NCBI GenBank assembly: GCA_950097015.1
Contig: CATNEN010000008.1
Coordinates: 1,798,001 to 1,862,000, forward strand
From: Macrostomum hystrix
Lineage: Eukaryota; Animalia; Platyhelminthes
Length of the DNA: 64,000 bases
Direction of reading: 5' to 3'
Shown piece after piece: positions 58,401 to 64,000 of the stretch. Every line of letters begins with the position of its first letter. The stretch's first letter is position 1. The notes beneath the pieces are model-generated. The model saw nothing but the letters and a program-made list of their open reading frames with translations. It was not told where the DNA came from and made no database searches. The translations under genes and the position numbers were made by a program.

Positions 58401-59014
58401 GTCAAGGGCCAGGTTGAGGCCGGCACCAGGAAGGCTGTCCTGTTCACCTGGACTCCGCCGCCTACTCAGGATGTGAGAGCTTGAGAATTTAGTGATTATC
58501 CCAAATCCCTATTCTGCGAAACCCCACTCTCATTCTCATATTCTCATTCTCATGTTCTCATTCTCATATTCTCATTCTCATATTCTCATTCTCATATTCT
58601 CATTCTCATATTCTCATTTTTTCATGCCTTTCTCAACATTAAGATAAAAATGGAGCTTTGAAATGATCGTTGAATTGTGGATTCGAACTCAAGACTTAAG
58701 CAAAGAAGTGCGAAGAGTGTAATGTCCTGACCCTGAAATCCCCATCAAACTCTATTTCCTAGCCCAACATCCCAGTGGAAACCAGCATCATCGTGACCCT
58801 GCGAGGTGACGTCACTGAGACCTACACTGTACTGCTGCGGGCCTTCGTAACCTCCGATCCAGCGGTTGTGCCCGCCGTCGAGGCGGCCGAGGCTGCCGCT
58901 GCGGAGGCAGCTGCTGCGGCCGCCGCCACCGCTGCTTCAGCGGCTGCTGGCGCTGCTTCTGCGGCGGCTACAATGTCCGCGGGAACTAGCACCGCGGAAG
59001 ACGCCAAGACTTAA
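49433..59014 (+). CDS. CFAP74: Cilia- and flagella-associated protein 74 (central-pair projection protein with ASH/Ig-like repeats), 16 coding exons, about 1807 aa
   Basis: Exons: 49433-49644, 50162-50320, 50400-50603, 50916-51089, 51235-52192, 52302-52700, 52777-52944, 53311-53790, 53896-54258, 54586-55161, 55695-55742, 56498-57328, 57449-57782, 58128-58258, 58338-58472, 58763-59014. All GT-AG, 5424 nt in frame. Recognisable CFAP74 segments: FFSKPELVHFIDFELDQTYRQKVTLTNASY..FNPPGHLSAGMSCQLLLSFTPRINEDLSGEITFLCQTGQFSVPILCSTKKC, PKTGYVQARSSFSAQLKFLPR, VQPNDGFGVILPKET, SHPVPRIGKGPIAPVGPTSFEF. Confidence 0.9.
50690..50812. repeat. Minisatellite, 21-bp unit AGAGCCTTATCTGTTAGACAG (CFAP74 intron 3)
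   Basis: About 6 copies. Confidence 0.92.
53037..53257 (-). mobile_element. Dispersed repeat, putative tRNA-derived SINE, copy B, filling most of CFAP74 intron 7
   Basis: Homologous to 33006-33197. Its 5' part has a B-box-like GGGGTTCGATTC (53257-53246). Confidence 0.6.
56195..56450. repeat. Degenerate minisatellite, about 36-bp unit ATAGGCACAGGGGTTTCCTAGTAGTTGTTGCTAATT (CFAP74 intron 11)
   Basis: About 7 copies. Confidence 0.85.
58525..58620. repeat. Short tandem repeat (TTCTCAT/TTCTCATA) (CFAP74 intron 15)
   Basis: Tandem periodicity. Confidence 0.88.
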
Positions 59015-59115
59015 AGAATTTGGACTTTGAATGATCTCCATTCACTTTGAGTAGTTTCTATCAAATTAAGGAACAGAACGTGGCGATTACAGTGCCTTAC
59101 ACTGCCTACTATCAG

Positions 59116-59207
59116 TAATAAATACGAGTATAAAAAATCGTTTCAAATGCTTTTTGTTGCTTTTCCTATTTTATGATTTTTATGATATTTTATGATAACG
59201 AAATAAA
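59116..59207 (+). terminator. Polyadenylation signal(s) for CFAP74
   Basis: AATAAA at 59116-59121 and 59202-59207 downstream of the TAA at 59014. Confidence 0.55.
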
Positions 59208-59279
59208 TTGAAGAGGGAGTGTGCTTGCGCTAAAAATGTACTCAAAGTGCAGTTAAAGTTGTATGTTTCTTTGAGTGAA

Positions 59280-59940
59280 GAGTCCCAGATTGTGTGAATG
59301 GGTCATAAATTGTGTGAATGATTGTATGATTGTGTGAATGGTTCTCAGATTGTGTTGTGTGAATGGTTCTCAGATTAGTGAATGGTTCTCAGATTAGTGA
59401 ATGGTTCTCAGATTAGTGAATGGTTCTCAGATTAGTGAATGGTTCTCAGATTAGTGAATGGTTCTCAGACTAGTGAATGGTTCTCAGATTAGTGAATGGT
59501 TCTCAGATTGTGTGAATGGTCATCAGATTAGTGAATGGTTCTCAGATTAGTGAATGGTTCTCAGATTAGTGAATGGTTCTCAGATTAGTGAATGGTTCTC
59601 AGATTAGTGAATGGTTCTCAGATTAGTGAATGGTTCTCAGACTAGTGAATGGTTCTCAGATTAGTGAATGGTTCTCAGATTGTGTGAATGGTCATCAGAT
59701 TAGTGAATGGTTCTCAGATTAGTGAATGGTTCTCAGATTAGTGAATGGTTCTCAGATTAGTGAATGGTTCTCAGATTAGTGAATGTTTCTCAGATTGTGT
59801 GAATGGTCCTCAGATTAGTGAATGGTTCTCAGATTGTGTTGTGTGAATGGTTCTCAGGTTGTGTTGTGTGAATGGTTCTCAGGTTGTGTTGTGTGAATGG
59901 TTCTCAGGTTGTGTGAATCCAGGTTCTCAGGTTGTGTGAA
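59280..59940. repeat. Minisatellite, 19-bp unit GTGAATGGTTCTCAGATTA with about 172-bp higher-order duplication
   Basis: Variant CAGACTAG recurs at 59466 and 59638. Confidence 0.95.
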
Positions 59941-59964
59941 TCCACTATACTAAAAATGAAATGC

Positions 59965-60410
59965 TTGGTTGGTTGGTTGGTTGCTTGTAATTGATTTTCT
60001 CCCGAACGGCTCAACCGATTTTCACCATTTCTTCAACAAAAGATGCTAAATATGGGGACAATTATACACGTATTTTTATTAAGCTTAACTTTATTGCTAA
60101 AGGGATTAAATATTCGAAAAACATGATTTTTTCAAAGGTCAAACCATCTTGGCCTATTGAGAATTTCACTGACAGCCACTGAATTAGAATTGCGTCGTCA
60201 AATTGCGCAACAACCCCTAGCTGATTGAATTTGAAGCCTGCACTCTGGAGACAAATTGGAAATAAATGTACACAACCAACCGCGAGACTGAGTGCACTCT
60301 ATTTTCTTACTTCATTGTACAAAGCCAGAACTTTGAGAATTCATTTTATAAGGCTGATTTTTGCACCCACTAACCAACAGTCGGAATAGCCGATGTGTAG
60401 GCACTAGGAA
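59965..60410. mobile_element. Possible non-autonomous rolling-circle (Helitron/DINE-like) remnant
   Basis: (GGTT)n microsatellite followed by GAACGGCTCAACCGATTTTCACC, which resembles from memory a motif in invertebrate non-autonomous Helitrons. Weak hairpin TCGG-AATAG-CCGA about 10 nt before CTAG at 60404-60407. Confidence 0.3.
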
Positions 60411-60544
60411 TAGGTTATAGGCTAGGCTAGGGTTCGATTCTGCACTGCGTCAAATCATTTAGACTAATTTTCAGCCAGTAGTGATTGAAGATTGTTTTAA
60501 TTTATTTTTTCATTTCGTAAATAAAATATCATAAATCATAGCAA

Positions 60545-62645
60545 ACCTGAATTTGAATCATGGCAAAAATAGAGCTTGAATCATGGCTAAACCAGAGTCT
60601 GAATCATGGCTAAACCAGAGTCTGAATCATGGCTAAACCAGCGTCTGAATCATGGCTAAACCAGAGTCTGAATCATGGCTAAAACAGAGTCTGAATCATG
60701 GCTTAACCAGAGTTTGAATCATGGCTAAACCAGAGTCTGAATCATGGCTAAACCAGAGTCTGAATCATGGCTAAACCAGAGTCTGAATCATGGCTAAACC
60801 AGAGTCTGAATCATGGCTAAACCAGCGTCTGAATCATGGCTAAACCAGAGTTTGAATCATGGCTAAACCAGAGTTTGAATCATGGCTTAACCAGAGTTTG
60901 AATCATGGCTAAACCAGAGTCTGAATCATGGCTTAACCAGAATTTAAATCATGGCTAAACCAGAGTCTGAATCATGGCTTAAACAGAGTCTGAATCATGG
61001 CTAAACCAGAGTCTGAATCATGGCTAAACCAGCGTCTGAATCATGGCTAAACCAGCGTCTGAATCATGGCTAAACCAGAGTTTGAATCATGGCTAAACCA
61101 GAGTTTGAATCATAGCCAACCAGAGTTTGAATCTTGGCTAAACCAGAGTTTCAATCATGGCTAACCCAGCGTTTGAATCATGGCTAAACCAGAGTTTGAA
61201 TCATGGCAAAAGCCGAGTTTTAATCATGGCTAAACAAGCGTCTGAATCATGGCTAAACCAGAGTTTCAATCATGGCTAAACCAGAGTTTCAGTCATGGCT
61301 AAACCAGCGTCTGAATCATGGCTAAACCAGAGTTTGAACCATGGCTAAACCAGAGTTTGAATCATGGCTAAACCAGAGTCTGAATCATGGCAAAACCAGA
61401 GTTTGAATCATGGCTAAACCAGAGTTTAAATCATGGCTAAACCAGCGTCTGAATCATGGCTAAACCAGAGTTTCAATCATGGCTAAACCAGAGTTTCAAT
61501 CATGGCTAAACCAGCGTCTGAATCATGGCTAAACCAGAGTTTGAATCATGGCTAAACCAGAGTTTAATCATGGCTAAACCAGCGTCTGAATCATGGCTAA
61601 ACCAGAGTTTCAATCATGGCTAAACCAGAGTTTGAATCATGGCTAAACCAGAGTTTCAATCATGGCTAAACCAGCGTCTGAATCATGGCTAAACCAGCGT
61701 CTGAATCATGGCTAAACCAGAGTTTGAATCATGGCTAAACCAGAGTTTGAATCATGGCTAAACCAGAGTTTGAATCATGGCTAAACCAGATCTTGAATCA
61801 TGGCTAAACCAGAGTTTGAATCATGGCTAAACCAGCGTCTGAATCATGGCTAAACCAGAGTTTCAGTCATGGCTAAACCAGCGTCTGAATCATGGCTAAA
61901 CCAGAGTTTGAACCATGGCTAAACCAGAGTTTGAATCATGGCTAAACCAGAGTCTGAATCATGGCAAAACCAGAGTTTGAATCATGGCTAAACCAGAGTT
62001 TAAATCATGGCTAAACCAGCGTCTGAATCATGGCTAAACCAGAGTTTCAATCATGGCTAAACCAGAGTTTCAATCATGGCTAAACCAGCGTCTGAATCAT
62101 GGCTAAACCAGAGTTTCAATCATGGCTAAACCAGAGTCTGAATCATGGCTAAACCAGCGTCTTAATCATGGCTAAACCAGAGTTTGAATATTGGCTACAC
62201 CAGAGTTTGAATCATGGCTAAACCAGAGACTAAATCATGGCTAAACCAGAGACTAAATCGTGGCTAAACCATCATCATCAGCATGGCTAAACTAGAGTTT
62301 GAATAATGGCTACACCAGAGTTTGAATCAAGGCTAAACCAGAGTCTGAATCATGGCTAAACCAGAGTTTGAATCATGGCTAAACCAGACTTTGAATCATA
62401 GCCAACCAGAGTTTGAATCTTGGCTAAACCAGAGTTTCAATCATGGCTAACCCAGCGTTTGAATCATGGCTAAACCAGAGTTTGAATCATGGCTAAACCA
62501 GAGTTTGAATCTTGGCTAAACCAGAGTTTGAATCATAGCCAACCAGAGTCTGAATCATGGCAAAACGAGAGTTTGAATCATAGCCCACCAGGGTTTAAAA
62601 CATGGCGAAACCTGAGTTTGAATCTTGGCTAACCCAGCGTTTGAA
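60545..62645. repeat. Minisatellite, 23-bp unit AATCATGGCTAAACCAGAGTCTG, about 90 copies
   Basis: Tandem periodicity. Confidence 0.97.
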
Positions 62646-62654
62646 AAATCAACG

Positions 62655-64000
62655 TCAACTGGGGAGTCATCATCAAAATGGGGATCATGGTGAACTGGGG
62701 GATCATGGTAAACTGGGAATCATTGTCAACTGGGGGATCATTGTCAACTGGGGGATCATTGTCAACTGGGGGATCATTGTCAACTGGGGGGTCATTGTGA
62801 ACTGAGAGATCATTGTCAACTGGGGGGTAATGGTCAACTGGGGGATAATTGTCAACTGGGGAATCATCATCAACTGGGGAGCATCATCAACTGGGGGATC
62901 ATTGAGAACTGGGGGATCATTGTCAAATGGGGGATCATTGTGAACTGGGGGATCTTTGTCAACTGGGGGATCATTGTATACTGTGGGATCATTGTCAACT
63001 GGGGGATCATTGTCAACTGGGGGATCATTGTCAACTGGGGGATCGTTGTCAACTGGGGGTTCATTGTCAACTGGGGGATCATTGTCAACTGGGGGATCAT
63101 TGTCAACTGGGGGATCATCATCAACTGGGGGATCATTGTCAACTGGGGGATCATCATCAACTGTGGGATCATTGTCAACCGGCGGGATCATTGTCAACTG
63201 GGGGATCATTGTCAACTGGGGGATCATTGTCAACTGGGTGATCATCATCAACTGGGGGATCATTGTCAACTGGGGGAACATTGTCAACTGGAGGAACATT
63301 GTTAACTAGGGATCATCATCAATGGGGAGACTTCATCAACTGGGGGATCATTGTGAACTGGGGGATCTTTGTTAACTGGGGGATCATTGTCAACTCGGGG
63401 ATCATTCTCAACTGGGGGATCATTGTCAACTGGGGGATCATTCTCAACTGGGGGATCATTGTCAACTGGGGGATCATTTTCAACTGGGGAATCATCATCA
63501 ACTGGGGGATCATTGTCAACTGGGGGATCATTGTCAACTGGGGGATCATTGTCAACTGGGGGATCATTGTCAACTGGGTGATCATCATCAACTGGGGGAT
63601 CATTGTCAACTGGGGGAACATTGTCAAATGGAGGAACATTGTTAACTGGGGATCATCATCAATGGGGAGACTTCATCAACTGGGGGATCATTGTGAACTG
63701 GGGGATCTTTGTTAACTGGGGGATCATTGTCAACTGGGGGATCATTGTCAACTGGGGGATCATTGTCAACTGGGGGATCATTTTCAACTGGGGGATCATC
63801 ATCAACTGGGGGATCATCATCAACTGGGTGATCATTGTGAACTGGGGGATCTTTGTCAACTGGGGGATCATTGTCAACTGTGGGATCATTGTCAACTGGG
63901 GGATCATTGTCAACTGGGGGATCATTTTCAACTGGGGGATCATCATCAACTGGGGGATCATCATCAACTGGGTGATCATTGTGAACTGGGGGATCATTGT
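62655..64000. repeat. Minisatellite, 18-bp unit CAACTGGGGGATCATTGT with about 340-bp higher-order repeat, running off the window
   Basis: Variant AATGGGGAGA recurs at 63321 and 63661. Confidence 0.96.

Noticed and set aside
58670-60445. tRNA genes at isolated B-box motifs (58679-58690 on minus; 60431-60440)
   Set aside because: No A-box or cloverleaf can be built around them.

Overview
Eukaryotic (metazoan) genomic DNA with GC-rich exons, poly-Q/poly-A tracts and introns packed with short-unit tandem repeats. The style suggests a free-living flatworm such as Macrostomum (inference only). Four complete spliced genes were assembled by hand with GT-AG junctions and consistent phases: MYLIP/IDOL (FERM+RING E3 ligase, minus, 4240-13892), prospero/PROX (minus, 16721-26593), FHAD1-like (minus, 40168-48463) and CFAP74 (plus, 49433-59014). 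The last two are head-to-head about 1 kb apart. Most other ORFs in the track are artefacts of about 35 tandem arrays. The most striking signal is a U12-type (minor spliceosome) GT-AG intron in prospero just before the homeodomain (5'ss GTATCCTTTT, branch site TTTCCTTAAC), with three competing AGs, the first of which would create a stop. Every MYLIP and prospero intron, and every FHAD1 intron over 200 nt, carries its own tandem array. Several array units are built around functional-looking motifs (Pol III B-box, CRE, kappaB-like, splice signals). Two copies of a putative SINE are also present. No rRNA, intact tRNA, CRISPR array or autonomous transposon was recognised.
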